Shown: positions 15,018 through 28,394 of the stretch, piece after piece
Layout of the letters: each line of letters opens with the position of its first letter
Numbering within the stretch: position 1 is the stretch's first letter
Assembly (NCBI GenBank): GCA_951406725.2
Contig: OX597829.1
Span: forward strand, 53,444,001 to 53,508,000
Length of the DNA stretch: 64,000 bases
From: Octopus vulgaris
Lineage: Eukaryota
Direction: 5' to 3'
Notes under the pieces: generated by a model
What the model was told of the DNA's origin: nothing
Databases searched by the model: none
Seen by the model: only the letters and a program-made list of their open reading frames with translations
Position numbers and translations under genes: made by a program

Positions 15018-15304
15018 CAAGTGAGTTATTTTTTCACAGAAAATCAGAGAAAATATTATGAATACTCACCCCCACCATTTTTGTAACAAAGAAAAGGAAA
15101 ACGCCAAACGTTGCCTAAACCAACCGAGAAACCAATACAAGCGAGAAGAAAATCGAGTTTTCTTCCCCATGTTTCCCTCTTCTTGATTTTCGATCCTGAC
15201 TCATCGCTGATTGTTATGCTGGAGTCATCTGTTGACGATGAACCGTTGCTTACTGCCGACATTGTCACAGTAGGCACGTCTGTAAATTCAGTTGTCAGAG
15301 TCAT
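7940..15304 (-). CDS. SLC6A6-like: SLC6 (NSS) Na+/Cl- dependent transporter, GABA/taurine/creatine subfamily, molluscan taurine-transporter-like; spliced, 3'-incomplete: join(complement 15070-15304,13717-13848,13221-13548,12873-13005,12030-12164,11801-11904,10700-10824,10402-10514,7940-8077)
   Basis: Nine GT-AG exons join into a stop-free 481-aa frame with SLC6 motifs [31 protein letters not shown], LPWxx[46 protein letters not shown]1 has G, not the monoamine-transporter D. Family certain; orthology and substrate less so. Confidence 0.93.
10402..10514 (-). CDS. SLC6A6-like: SLC6 exon 8 (TM8), 113 nt
   Basis: [38 protein letters not shown]; TTTAAG| and |GTGAGA. Confidence 0.95.
10700..10824 (-). 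CDS. SLC6A6-like: SLC6 exon 7 (TM7), 125 nt
   Basis: [41 protein letters not shown]; ATTCAG| and |GTAAGA. Confidence 0.95.
11801..11904 (-). CDS. SLC6A6-like: SLC6 exon 6 (TM6), 104 nt
   Basis: [34 protein letters not shown]; TTTCAG| and |GTAAGT. Confidence 0.95.
12030..12164 (-). CDS. SLC6A6-like: SLC6 exon 5 (TM5), 135 nt
   Basis: [45 protein letters not shown]; TTTCAG| and |GTAAAT. Confidence 0.95.
12873..13005 (-). CDS. SLC6A6-like: SLC6 exon 4 (TM4), 133 nt
   Basis: [44 protein letters not shown]; TTTTAG| and |GTAAGT. Confidence 0.95.
13221..13548 (-). CDS. SLC6A6-like: SLC6 exon 3 (TM3 and EL2), 328 nt
   Basis: [23 protein letters not shown]...[15 protein letters not shown]...PITEFWE; TTTCAG| and |GTAAGT. 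Confidence 0.95.
13717..13848 (-). CDS. SLC6A6-like: SLC6 exon 2 (TM2), 132 nt
   Basis: [43 protein letters not shown]; TTGTAG| acceptor, |GTATAT donor. Confidence 0.95.
14777..14925. mobile_element. Truncated TTAACCCTTT-ended element in SLC6 coding intron 1
   Basis: TTAACCCTTTC start as in piggyBac-like MITEs; no right end seen. Confidence 0.4.
15070..15304 (-). CDS. SLC6A6-like: SLC6 coding exon 1 (N-terminus, TM1); exon begins at acceptor 15319
   Basis: MTLTTE...CYKNGG-G; acceptor (T)nACAG before 15319; donor G|GTGAGT at 15069. Confidence 0.93.
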
Positions 15305-16747
15305 TTCAATTGGTGAAATCTGTAAAAAAAGAAAAAAAAAGAAAGAAACAATGTCATTGAGTTTAAATAATTAACAATAATGAATCATGAACAGCTAAGT
15401 TTTATTTCACAGCATTTCTACTAAAAAAAAAGAATAAAAAAAAAAGATGGGAGTTATATGATCACAATGGCCATCATTTCCTTTTCAGAGGCATAATGTA
15501 ACTAATTTTTCCTTCAATATGGTGTGATTTAAGAGAGATTTGATTGCTGTTTCTAGCAGGCTGAAAAACCACACACAGACTCTCTCTGGTCATATTGTAT
15601 GTGGCTTCTGTATACTTATTTATACATAACTACACTGTACTATTGTTGTATATCCATTTTCTATGCAGGCATGAGCTGGTAGTATTGTCATGCTCAGAGT
15701 TGTTCCTATTCAGCCTTACAATCCTCTAAAATGAGTTTGGGGGACTAAATCTTAGTTATGACACAATTTCTGTAGTTGGAAGCCATTTCCCAACCACTTT
15801 ACAACTCCCGCGCATTTTATCAGAGTACTTGGCCCCTGTGAGGTTACTCTGTAACTTGAATGACGGAAGAACTTCAATTACTTTAAGTGGGAGAATGAAA
15901 GAGAGTGTGTGATAACAGAAACTGAGTTAAGGTGGAATGGTGAGAGAAGCTAAAGTAGGAAGCAGATGGAAGGAGCGGAATCATTAGTGTACGAGTATGA
16001 AAGAGGAGAGAAAAAGAGAGAGAGAGAGAGAGAGAAGCGTGAGGAGTAAAGGAAGAGAAAAAGCAATTTCTTGGAGTCAGCGAAAGCAACTACTTGTTTG
16101 GTGTTAGGAAGGCGAATGCTTCTTGGGCAGTCATAGACCCCATGTTTTAAAAGACAGCAAGGGAGAAAGAGAAGGGAGAAGAATGGCAAGAGTGATAAGG
16201 ATAGTACGTGGTTGGGTGGTCATGAATAAAGAGGGGTCCAGTGCTATCCCTGTTAAGAGTCTGTACACTACAGTGAATAAAGAGATAGTGCCAGGGGCTG
16301 AGGGGAGGTGAGTGAAGGAGAGAGGTGTTCTAAAGGTGGAAGGTCATCAACACATCTCCATGCTGGCATAGGTTGGATGGTTTGACAGAAGCTGTCCAGA
16401 CACCAAATTCTGCTATGTCCTGGTTTCTATGGCTGGATGCCCTTCCTAATGTCAACCACTTTACAGAGTTTACTAGGTGCTTTTTACGTGCCACTGGCAT
16501 GTAAGGTGAGTGACATAAAAGGGATCCCAGACGCCATCATGATCCCCTCACACAAACTCCCCACAGCATTCTCATTCCTGTGTTTGCACAGGAAGGTCAT
16601 TCTCTACCCATACACAACACTTCTCCATAACTACTGCAGCAGCCTCATCTCTTGCAAAATACATCTGATTCATGTTTTTATGTTCAGATTCTTTGTACTT
16701 TGTCTCTCATACATGCAGACCATTATACAACCAGTGGAGCATATTTT

Positions 16748-16978
16748 ACCTTTTACTTGTTTCAGTCATTAGATTGTGGCCATGCTGGGGCATTTTCTCG
16801 AAGGGTTTCCCGTTCAATGAGTTGATCCCGGTACTCGTTTTTTAAAACTTGGTATTTATTCTATCAGTCTCATTTGCCAAACCACTAAGTTATAAAGACC
16901 TGAACAAACCAACACCAGTTGTCTAGTGGTGATGGGGTACAAACACAAATACATACACACACAAACATATGTGCATGC

Positions 16979-17021
<43 letters not shown>

Positions 17022-17171
17022 GGCTTCTTTCAGTTTCCATGTACCAAATCCATTCACTAGGCTTTGATCAGCCCAGGGGTATAGTAGAAGACACTGCCCA
17101 AGATTCCATGCAGTGGGACTGAACCTAGAACCATGTGGTTGGGAAGCAAACTTCTTACAACACAGCCACAC
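16748..17171 (-). mobile_element. SINE family A
   Basis: Reverse complement of 58943-59333, more diverged. Confidence 0.8.
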
Positions 17172-17289
17172 TTGTCCCTATCTACTTCAGTCTTTTCAGG
17201 CTTCACAAATCCTCTGCATTGAAGGACCAAGTCTTTGCTATGTGCAGTGTTAAATTTTTGTATACAGCTATCATCATACAATTAATTGG

Positions 17290-17620
17290 CACTTGATTTC
17301 TGAGAAAGAAACCCTTTGTTGCCAGAAATAGTTTCCCAAACTTACTCAGGCTCTCTCTCTTTCATTATATCTACCGGCATCACTAATTAGGCCAACTAGT
17401 TAACAGAACCTATCTCAACTACTTCTAGGGAGTCATCCTGACATTAAACAAGTATCTGTTACATGAGTGTTCTCAATGCACCTTGGACATCTGCCACATG
17501 TGAATTCTAACTTTTCCATTAGCCTACATGTCACCCACCGTAGCTCTTCTGTATCTACATTCGTTCAGCCATATAGAATTTCTTTCTATCCTTTTCTGCA
17601 TATCAAGCATGACCTTTCTA
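17290..17620 (-). pseudogene. RTE-type LINE remnant
   Basis: DSLEVV/RFC*LVGLIS...LATKG, homologous to the other RTE fragments. Confidence 0.55.
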
Positions 17621-17638
17621 ACATATGCATATTACATG

Positions 17639-17673
<35 letters not shown>

Positions 17674-18245
17674 ATGATGATGATGATATATATATATACA
17701 CATACATACACACACACATTCAATGCATACACACAAATAAACATATAAGGCAAAGTACTGCAGCTATTTTGGTGGTGGCATTACTTTCAAGGGCTTTGGC
17801 TGATTGTATCAACTTCAAAACTCAGTCTGGTATATATTTTTTTAATCTCCTAGAGACGTAACTAAGATGCAGCTAAATACTACAGCATATTTTTGTTCTA
17901 ATGCATTGAATTTGTTAGGCCGTCCAATGTACCTCATGGGATTTCCACAGATTTTCTCTCGACAAAATTTAATTTTTGAGATTTTGGTTGATCATCTGAG
18001 GCTATGTTAGACAATATTTGCCCAGGTCAACGTGTAATCAGATTGAACCTGAAGCCACATGAGAAAAGATATAAACAGCACAGAAATTTTGGGGCTAATT
18101 CACAGAACAACTGCAAAAGGTAATATTTCCCTAATGGAAGACTGGAAATGAGGAACATAGGCTCTTCTATGATGATGATGATGATGATGATGATGCTCAT
18201 TTACAACTATCACATGGTGTCAAGACAAAGATACACACACACACA

Positions 18246-18490
18246 TCATCATCATCATTTAGCGTCCGCTTTCCGTGCTGGCATGGGTTGGACGGTTCAA
18301 CTGGGGTCTGTGAAGCTGGAAGGCTTCGTCAGGCCCAGTCAGATCTGGCAGTGTTTCTACGGCTGGATGCCCTTCCTAACGCCAACCACTCCGTGAGTGT
18401 AGTGGGTGTTTTTTACGTGCCACCCGCACAGGTGCCAGACGGGGCTGGCAAACGGCCACGAACGGATGGTGCTTTTACGTGCAACCAGCA
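18246..18490 (-). mobile_element. Family B repeat
   Basis: Colinear with 48046-48292. Confidence 0.8.
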
Positions 18491-19038
18491 CGTGTGTATA
18501 TATTTACGTGCCACACACACGTGTGTATATATTAAAAGAAATGCAGAAAACATTTGACATATTTTATGTCTATATATACATATGTGTATATATCATTATT
18601 TAATGACTACTTTTCTTGCTTTACATGGGGGTCAGACACAATTTTCTGGGACAAATATTCTATGGCCAGATGTCCTTCCTGTGTTACCAAACCTTAAGAG
18701 ATTTCAAGCAAAATATTTTCCCATGGCCAGACATGCTTTTCATGGAAGACCAAAAACAAACCACATCGCTTGTATAACAGTGTTGCTTGTTTACAACCAT
18801 CACATTATGTTGAAATAAGGCACACAAACGCATATGTATACACACACAAATGCCTAAAATGTAACCACACATGGATTGTTGGTGATTTCCCCTCTTTCTC
18901 TTTGGATTTTACTCTTTCCTAGGAACAGCTATGCTTGAAACTCTCTCTTTTTACTGAGGATCAAATTAATATATTTCATGTACATGTCCTCACATTTGTT
19001 TTTTCTCCCCCCACCCCATTTTTTTTATTGTTTGTTCT

Positions 19039-19560
<522 letters not shown>

Positions 19561-20042
19561 CACATACACAGTAATGGCCTTGAGCAAAGATGATACACAA
19601 TTTTGTGAAGCATTCCATAATTTTCAGTCCAACCCATACTAGCATAGAATATAGGCATTAAATGATGATCACACACACGCACGCACACACACACACACAA
19701 CACTCATGCACACACACACATTCCACTTTCATCTGACTATAATTTAATCATTTAAAAATAAATAAATGCATATGCCTGTTGACTAAGCAAGGTATTAGTC
19801 ATGGAAATGAAGCAGTCAGTGGAGTGGGGTGGGGGATGGATGGATGAAGAGGCTGTGGGAGAGAATATAAAGAGACACAGGGTAGGGGTGGGGGTGGGTT
19901 CATAAAAGAAGCAATTGTTTGATGCAGTGTAAGAGTGGGAAGAGGGCAGAGAAAGGTAATAGGAGAATAGAAGAAGTAGAGAAGCAGAAAGATGGAATGG
20001 GAGAAAGAGGAGGAAATCTGAAATGAAAGGAAAGAGGAAAGA

Positions 20043-20080
<38 letters not shown>

Positions 20081-20329
20081 AAAAGAGAGAAAGAGAAATG
20101 AATGGAAAAAGAAGAGGAAGTCTGAAATGAAAGAAGAAGGAACAGAGAAAAAAGAGGGAGAGAATAGATTGAAGAAAAAGATGGGGGGGGGGGCGCCGAC
20201 AAAGAAAGGGCGGACAGAACAGAAGTGGGGGAAAAAAGGGACATATTGGGTAAGGGACCAAGACAAGAGTATATTTATCCTTCATTTTTTATTTTCTTTT
20301 TACTTGACTTCGAATTTATTTATTTTTTA

Positions 20330-20600
20330 AGCCTGGTATTTATTCTATTGGTCTCTTTTGCTGAAATGCTAAGTTACAGGGACATAAGCAAACCAACACC
20401 AGTTGTCAACCAGTGATAGTATTGGGGAGGGGTGGTGACAAACACAAAGAGAGAGACACACACACACACACAGATGCGTGTGCGCATTGTATGTAGGTAT
20501 GTACATACAGGAGCTTCCTTGTGTTTCTACCTAGTAAATCCACACACACAAAGCTTTGTTCAACTTCGGGCTATGGTAGAAGATACTTGCCCAAGGTACT
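20330..20600 (-). mobile_element. SINE family A partial
   Basis: TATTCTATTGGTCTCTTTTGCTGAA...GCTATGGTAGAAGATACTTGCCCAAGG. Confidence 0.7.
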
Positions 20601-20649
20601 ATGCATACTATATAGCCATGCCTGCACCTATATACATACACATACATAT

Positions 20650-20702
<53 letters not shown>

Positions 20703-21199
20703 TATATAATAAATAAGACATATGTATATATATATACATATATGTACGTACCTACCTCTACATGTATATACACACGCATATATGAGTACAGGACACCAAA
20801 AAAACGTCGAACACAATGAGAAACGGAAACATAGACACAAACCCAAGGAACTGGACATTTTTTTAACAACAAAAAAATAGAGTACAGGACAATTAACACA
20901 AGGAAAAAAAAACCCCTTCTTCAGTCGCCATGGTTTCATCTAGTGAATCCAAATAAGAAAAGACAATAACGCAAGGACATGGTACAAGTACTGTATAATC
21001 AGACACTCAGGAAAAGAAGGAAAAGGGAGCATCAGAAGCAACGAGTGACTCAAGGGTTGAGAGCTTTGTGTTTGCTAAGTGCCAACATTAGTCACTCAGC
21101 TGCTTCTGTTGAATATTAATATCATATTAATACAGATATATACACACACTAACAGAGATACCCGGCATTGTTCAGGATTAAAACGGCAGTTTTTTTTAT

Positions 21200-21478
21200 T
21201 CTTTTGTTTCAGCCATGTGACTGTGGCCATGCTGGAGCCATTGCCTTTAGTTGAACAAATCAACCCCAGGATCTATTCTTTGTAAGCCTAGTACTTATTC
21301 TATTGGTGTCTCTTGCCAAATCACTAAGTTACGGGGACATAAACACACCGACCTCAGTTGTCAAGTGATGGTGGGGGTACAAACACAGACACACAGAGAC
21401 AAATATACACACATATATGAATCTCAGTTTCCATGTACGAAATCCACTTACAAGGCTTTGGCTGGCCTAGGGCTATAG
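21200..21478 (-). mobile_element. SINE family A partial
   Basis: TGTTTCAGCCATGTGACTGTGGCCATGCTGGAGC... Confidence 0.75.
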
Positions 21479-21567
21479 TGTATATACACACACGTACATA
21501 TATGTATAAATGTACCTTGTTGATGTGATTACAGGGAGACAAAGAATTTTATATATAGATATATATA

Positions 21568-21722
21568 TGGCGTTAGGAAGGGCATCCAGCTGTAGAAACA
21601 CTGCCAGATCTGACTGGCCTGGTGCAGCCTTCGGGCTTGCCAGACCCCAGTTGAACCGTCCAACCCATGCCAGCATGGAAAGCGGACGTTAAACGATGAT
21701 GATGATGATGATGATGATGATA
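21568..21722 (+). mobile_element. Family B repeat with (GAT)n tail
   Basis: Reverse complement of 48046-48200. Confidence 0.8.
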
Positions 21723-22780
21723 GATTAAGCACATGTATTAAATGTTAATTTAAGGATCAATATGTAACTGTAAATACCTTGCACCGTTACAACTGCTATG
21801 ATAATTATTAACTGCTAAATGAATGGCAAATGTGTAAAATAAGATGGTATTAGTGTTATCATATTAGAATAAAAGCAAAACTATTAAAAGTGAAACAGTA
21901 TTATATCACATTACAATAGAGATGTCATTGTTTCACTTTCGACACATAATAATGAAACAGTCTAAGAGATTGTTCCGGGCTCGCATTAGGCAAAAAGTTG
22001 GAACATTTTTTGGTCCATGACACTCTATGGCCCCTAAGTAATGCATGTGTAAAATCTGAATGAAATCGGTTGGGTAGTTCTCGAGTTTTATTGATGCACA
22101 CATACAGACACACACACACATTTAGATCTTTTGCCCAATAACTCCTTGTCAAGTCTAACTCCCCCTCCCTGTCTTTCTTACTATCTTAACTCCCTACTCT
22201 TCATCAATCATTTCCCCACAACACACTCTCACTCATGTTATTCTGACAGTATAACTAAAGAAGGAAGTACCCAATACACTCTATCATCAGCTTGTTGTAA
22301 TTGAGCCACTTGCAACTGACATCCTTCAACAACTCTTGCCATTATCCATTTCCGAGTCTATTACTATTCCTCACTCTCTCTTCCCAGTTACACCCTCTTA
22401 CATCTCTCACTCTGTTTCCACTTTCACACCCTTGCAGCCTTCACTCATCCACCCTGATTCTTCTGTCATTGCTCTTTTTTCTCTACACATTCTCACTCAT
22501 ATCTTCTTGGGCAAAGGAGACGTTGATGCCATGATAAAATTCACTCAATACATATTCAGTAAAGTGGTTGGCAACTGGCGATGGAGAGGGTCCATAGAAA
22601 CCATTTTAAAGATGAAATGATGGTAAGACAAAAGCTACAGAAAAGAGACGACTTGAAATGACACAGCAAGTCCAATGCATTGAGGTAGACATAATCATAA
22701 TGACGATGATGTGTGTAGTATCAATACACAACAAACACAAAGGTACTCCACTGGTTACAATGACAAGAGTTTCAGTTGAT

Positions 22781-23005
22781 TATTTCTTTATTGCCCACAA
22801 ACATAGAGGGGAAAAACAAGGGCAGACAAAGGGATTAAGTGGATTACATTGACCCCAGTGCGTAGCTGGTACTTATTTAATTGACCCCGAAAGGATGAAA
22901 GGCAAAGTCAACCTTGGTGGAATTTGAACTCAGAATGTAACGGCAGACAAAATACCGCTAAGCATTTTGGATGGCGTGCTAATGTTTCTGCCTTCTTGCT
23001 GCCTT
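22781..23005 (-). mobile_element. SINE family C, single copy with head
   Basis: Colinear with the 61251-61480 unit plus head. Confidence 0.8.
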
Positions 23006-24049
23006 CCACAAAGTTTCTGCCTACCAAAGTTTGCTCATAAGACACTGTTTGGCTTGGAAGTTTGATAGGAGACACTTGCCCAAAGTTCTGTGAGGTAGGA
23101 TTGAACACAAAATTGGGTTGGGCTTTTGGACTTCTTAAATACACCAAGTGTTACCTACAGGACAATATAGCAGTCAAGAGTCACCAGAATACATACATAC
23201 ATACATATGACCATGTATACACATACACACACACATGATTAATGTTTGTATTCAAGCACATATATATTTGTCTAAACAGATAACCATTAGAAAGGTGGAA
23301 AGAATGTAAAAGGTCCCATTCTCTTATGACACTGCTATGGAACACAAAACAATAAATGCTTACTTATAAAAACAAAAATCTATGAAACAAAATAAAACAA
23401 CTACTTTATCCTATTACCCTCAAAACATTCCTTCCAGTATTACACTAACCTATCCAACATCATGTGTCATGTAAATATAATTGTTTTGACACATTGCCTC
23501 ATTATAATGGAACATTTTTTATTTTGTTGTTGTACAAAGATATTACAATTAAAAGGAAACTGTTCTATTGACAAGACAAATTTTATTCTTATTGTTGGTT
23601 TTAACAAGAGCAGAATATTTGTATTTGACTACAGGAATATATTACACATTTGTTTGTGAACAGAAGGTATACTTTTTAAATAAACTCTATGCTTGATGAC
23701 AAAGAGCTGCTAATAATAATTTAGGAAATAGCCCAGTGATGCTATCAGTTTCATATTATCACATGATCATGTTTTCATAAAGCATTTGCTCAAAGCTACA
23801 AAGATGCTAGGATCTTCTTCCGGAAATTTTTTCAGACATTCCAATCACAAATGAATAAAAGAAAGACCAAGTTAAATCTAAGGCCAATGGCCAATGGCCA
23901 ATGTGGTAAGTAACAATAAAATACCACAATTTGATTCAACAATTTATAATGAATCAGTTAACAAATAAGGCTTCTATTATTACCACATATTCAACTTTTA
24001 CGTGAGTTTTTACCATGTTGTGATAGAATGTTTCTGCTATTTTAAAGAC

Positions 24050-24560
24050 ATTTGGCAAATATGAGCAACATGCCTTCATCAAATTTTGCATGAAGCTTGG
24101 AAAATCTGGTACTAAGACCCTTGAAATGGTCTGTCAAGGCTTTGGTAAAATATTCTTTAGGTCTAACACAAGTGACATATTTCAATGCTGAGTACTGGTT
24201 CCAGATGATGAGTGCACAGAGAAATTAAATTACAAAAAGTATAAAATTGTATGGAAACATTCCACAACAAATGTTGATGAATCCATCAACTCTTTAACAG
24301 TTGTGGAATCTTTCAAGAGACTATCAAGGGAAACTTGACCTTGCATCATGTTGCTGTTTACTTGGTGTTGTATACTCTGACTATTCCTCCCTCTGTGATC
24401 TCAGTATTTCCCAAAATGCTATTGAATCTGAAGGGGTCACTTCAAGACAATAGATGAAATTCAAATGGACTTGCAGGTGGTATAGCAAAGAAGATTTCCA
24501 TTGCTTCTGAGACATGCAAGATGTGCACACTGGGTTTGCTGTGTACCTTCTCAAAATGAC
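24050..24560 (+). pseudogene. Decayed mariner transposase, internally deleted
   Basis: From 24063 EQHAFIKFCMKLGKSGTKTLEMVCQGFG (mariner N-terminal HTH); near 24410-24480 FPK..G-HFKTIDEIQ (C-terminal motif); frameshifted. Confidence 0.75.
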
Positions 24561-27367
24561 TACTTCTGAGGAGTTAGCATCTACTATAATAATACTTGTG
24601 TACATTTCTGTCACAACATATGAATGAGAAAGGAAGGGGTGATGGCAAACTTGGTAGTGGGACGATGAGAGTTCTATGAGGGGGAAAAAAAATCAAACAG
24701 CATTTCAATTCTGTGTGAGTATATGTGTGTGTATGTAAAAGGGAGGTGTGTGAATGTTTGTGTGTATATGTGTGCAATAGAAGTGGGATGGTGAACATTC
24801 AATGATGAAAAGAAAAATCAAACAGCGTTTCAACTCTGTGTGAACTTTTATGTGTATGTGAATTTTTGTATCTGTGATTATTATGTATCTCATTTATATA
24901 TAAAATACAATTAGCCATCATTTTTGACAGCATGGAGTCAGCTAGTTGAAATATAAATAACATGAGGTACATTGTTTATTTGAGTACTAGTGTACTTTTT
25001 TTTCCTGCAGGTCTGGTTTGGGAAGATTCTAATAACAGGCCTCACACGTGGGGAGATAAAGCTATAGTTGTTCAAACTCAACATCAGCTACATTATCACT
25101 CAACTAAGAGAACATATAAAGGTTTGAAGAAACACATGTGCAAGTAAACACAAATGAAAACTAATGGAAAGCATTAATGCCCAATGGTTCCTTCTACACA
25201 GGCATCTCATGAGAAAATAGACACCCACCCCCATATACTGGTTTTATCTGTGTAGACACTCCTCATTAGTAGGATGCCCAAACGGGTTAAATTACTAAAA
25301 ACTGCACATGGCATGTCTACTAAATACTAGATTAAGTATTTAGATGCATCAAATGACATTATTTGGTTTCTAGGAACAAATCTTTTAAAAAATGGTGTCT
25401 AATTACTTTTGAGATATCTGTGTATATTTTAGTGAAAGCCAAGAACTCAAATTGAACATACCTTTCAAAGAAGTGTGCATATTCAAATTGAATATATACA
25501 CCTCTTCAAAAGGTGTGTACATTTTTATCTAGATATATCAAATCACAACATTCTTGCTGGCAAAGATCTAACAAAACAAGAATGTTATTTGTGCAGGTAG
25601 TTTCATAAACGTACTTTCATTAAGCTTCTATGCTAAAGACACTAAGCCAATTAATCAGGACTTAATTCAGCATAATAACTTAAATAACCTGAAAACGACT
25701 AAACTTATTTAACATCATCAATTTAATAATGTAAGTGGATACAATAAATAGGATTATTATTATAACTTCCCATTCCATTTCTGTGAATTCAGATAAAAAC
25801 TATTGCTTTTATCATTCAAAAGATTTATTAACTCTTAACGGCGAGTAGGACATGAATACGCCCGACACAGCATACAAATTGTCAGTTGTAGACTGTCTGA
25901 AACTGCTCCAATCAAAAACACTCTAGTTGACATGTTTTAAAGCAAATAATGAACTCTCTAATCTGAAGGAGTAAAACTTTAACTCCTTCCTCGTTTATTT
26001 ACATTCTAGAACATTTGCTATAAAAAAAAAATCAATGCATGTATTGCTGAATTTTTGGAGTTTATTTTTTACCGAAACTATCGTGCATTTTAAGCAGGGC
26101 ATGTTGTTTCTGAAGGAAGCAACTCAGCTTACCTGTAAATTTCATGAGAAAGGTGCAAAAATGCCAAGGGGCAAACATTTTCGGTTGTGATATTTGCATA
26201 TCAAAGTCTGCTAATTAGTGCATTTAATTCATTACAAACATCTTTTATTTATTACTGTATGTTTTTTTTTTAATATTTATTATTTGTATACTAAATTAAC
26301 GAACACACATGTACAGCTTTATTTTTAGTACAAATGAATTTGCTTTTTTAGGATAAAACCAATTTTCACAACAGTCTAATCACAATTAAATTCGTTATAA
26401 GCATTTGAATAAACCCAATTAGGTTTTTCTGCTCAGTCTTTACAAGGACAAGCATTTGACTTGGGAAATGTCCACGAGGCTAATTTCTCTATGACTGGAT
26501 GCTCCTCCCTTCCAGTTGCTAACCCTCATCTGTTTCCATGTAAGGTAATATTTTTACATGACCAGACATGTTTTTATGGAAGATTTGAAACAAAGGATAC
26601 CACTTGCAAGACAGTGACGCTTATCTACAAATGTCATGTCATGTCAAGGAGACAGCAACACACAGGCTTCTTTCAGTTTCCATTGACCAACGAGATACTC
26701 ACACACACATTTTGTTCATTTAGTTAACATTTGTTCTTTCATGCTGTTATTGGTTCAATGAATATTGCACAGAGGCATTGTCTTACAGCCGAATGCCCTC
26801 CATGCTGCTCACTCATACCTGTTTTTCAAGTACACAAGACATCACAGTTCGTGGCTCTTTGAAGGTTTCAAAGCCAGCAGGAGAAATGACAACATAGTCA
26901 TTTGTAGCTCTTGATTTGTCAGAGAAGCATAAATGTAAACAAACAGACCCAATAGCCAGTGTGCATGAACGTGCTTGCATACAACAAACCTCTATCAGTT
27001 TGTCTGCTATATCCATTCATAAAGTTTCAATTTGCCCAAAGCTACACCCAAGATGCCACACAGTGGGAATGAACCTGAAACTATGGTTGTGAAATATATT
27101 TCTTCCCCACATAACCATGCTTGTACGGTTAAGAAGTGTATGCACACTCACTAACTGACACACAGACTTATGCATATATGTTTATACTATTGAAATATTA
27201 ATATCTACATAAATGCAAGAGAAGATATGGAATGATGAGGCATAAGGGGAGCAAAGCAAGTTACACTCATAATTTTGAAAATTACATAAAATTGATGATA
27301 CAATAAATTTGGGTGTTTGTTTTTAGAGAACTGTGTGTCAGCTTGTTCTCTTTGTTGGTTTTGTTGT

Positions 27368-27578
27368 TTAACCTTTCAGCATTTAAACTGGCCACATCTA
27401 GCCCAAAATATATTACGTTCAGACTGGCTTCTCATACCTACGCTGCAATGTCATTCTAAAACTAAACAACAGCATTGTCAAAATCTCCAAGCTAATAAGA
27501 TAATGCACAATTAATTGAAAACAGTGCAAATAAATAAGCCTTACTTTTGACAGAATAATGTGAATGCTGAAGGGTTAA
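27368..27578. mobile_element. TTAA-flanked MITE (piggyBac-like ends)
   Basis: TTAACCTTTCAGCATT...AATGCTGAAGGGTTAA terminal inverted repeats; internal sequence shared with 29543 and 35542. Confidence 0.8.
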
Positions 27579-27829
27579 AAATAATGGCTTTTGTAGGATG
27601 TTAGAAATAACCTTGAATGAAATTCTTCTATTTTGAGGTTTCTGAATGTCAGATTTGATTTATTTAAAAAAAAAAAACAAACTTGCCAGCACAAGTGCTT
27701 GTCTAATTGTACACATGATGAAATATTTAAATGTCAAAATGCTGTGTTTAGTCAGAAATCAAATTTCTCTGTGTTCACTTTTTCTCTCAACTGTCATTCG
27801 TGAACATTTACACTGCATGTCCAAAGGAG

Positions 27830-28260
27830 CATGGTAGACTTATTTCTTTCACCTTCTCAAACCTTCTGAATTCAAGGCCCATGTCTCACTACCATGCAGC
27901 ATCACTGTTTTAACACATGTGTCATACAATCTGCCCTTCCCTTTCAGGTAAAAGACTTTCATTACCCAGCAGCAGTAGCTTCCTGAACTTTTCCCCACCC
28001 ATTCTAATTCTGGCAACTATAATTTCAGAGCAACAACCTTCCTTGCTAATTACATCTCTTACATAACAAAAGCTATCAAATACTAGTGAGCTATTTGGAT
28101 GTTTGAGAGGATCTATTTCTGTTTTAGTGCATCTATTACATATCAAACTTTCTCCTTTAGTCTGCCAGTGATTCTGCTACATCTCTTGTGTACCTAAAGT
28201 TTACATTGGATACTATGTATGGAGTTTATACATACACTTTTTTCTGAACACTGAGCAAAG
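27830..28260 (-). pseudogene. RTE-type LINE reverse transcriptase remnant
   Basis: DSFCYVRDVISKEGCCSEIIVARIRMGGEKFRKLL followed by ..LYDTCVKTVMLHGSETW, the typical post-RT (FxYLG...) region. Confidence 0.75.
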
Positions 28261-28394
28261 TAGATAGCAGGATCCTATTTTCTTTCTCACATACTAAAAA
28301 CTTAGTCTTTAGCCAAGTATACCTGTGGCATAGCTAGTCTTCTAGCCATTCAACAATGGTCCTACTTCTAAAACTTTTGTCTTTGCTAAGCTTA

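Larger units (their letters stand above)
21150..22130 (-). mobile_element. Probable non-autonomous Helitron interrupted by two SINEs
   Basis: End motif ACTAACAGAGATACCCGGCATTG..GGATTAAAACG (inverted relative at 63208-63250) and, at the other end, AAATCGGTTGGGTAGTTCTCGAG plus (ACAG/AC)n, an arrangement typical of animal non-autonomous Helitrons. Confidence 0.45.

Noticed and set aside
15056-15180. Monoamine (dopamine/serotonin/octopamine) transporter identity
   Set aside because: TM1 has VGLGN, not VDLxN; the amine-binding Asp is absent.
15111-15374. Antisense ORF over exon 1
   Set aside because: It is a shadow of the real coding frame.
20910-20945. CTGAAGA/GAAAC hammerhead on the minus strand
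   Set aside because: The boxes are not connected by plausible stems.
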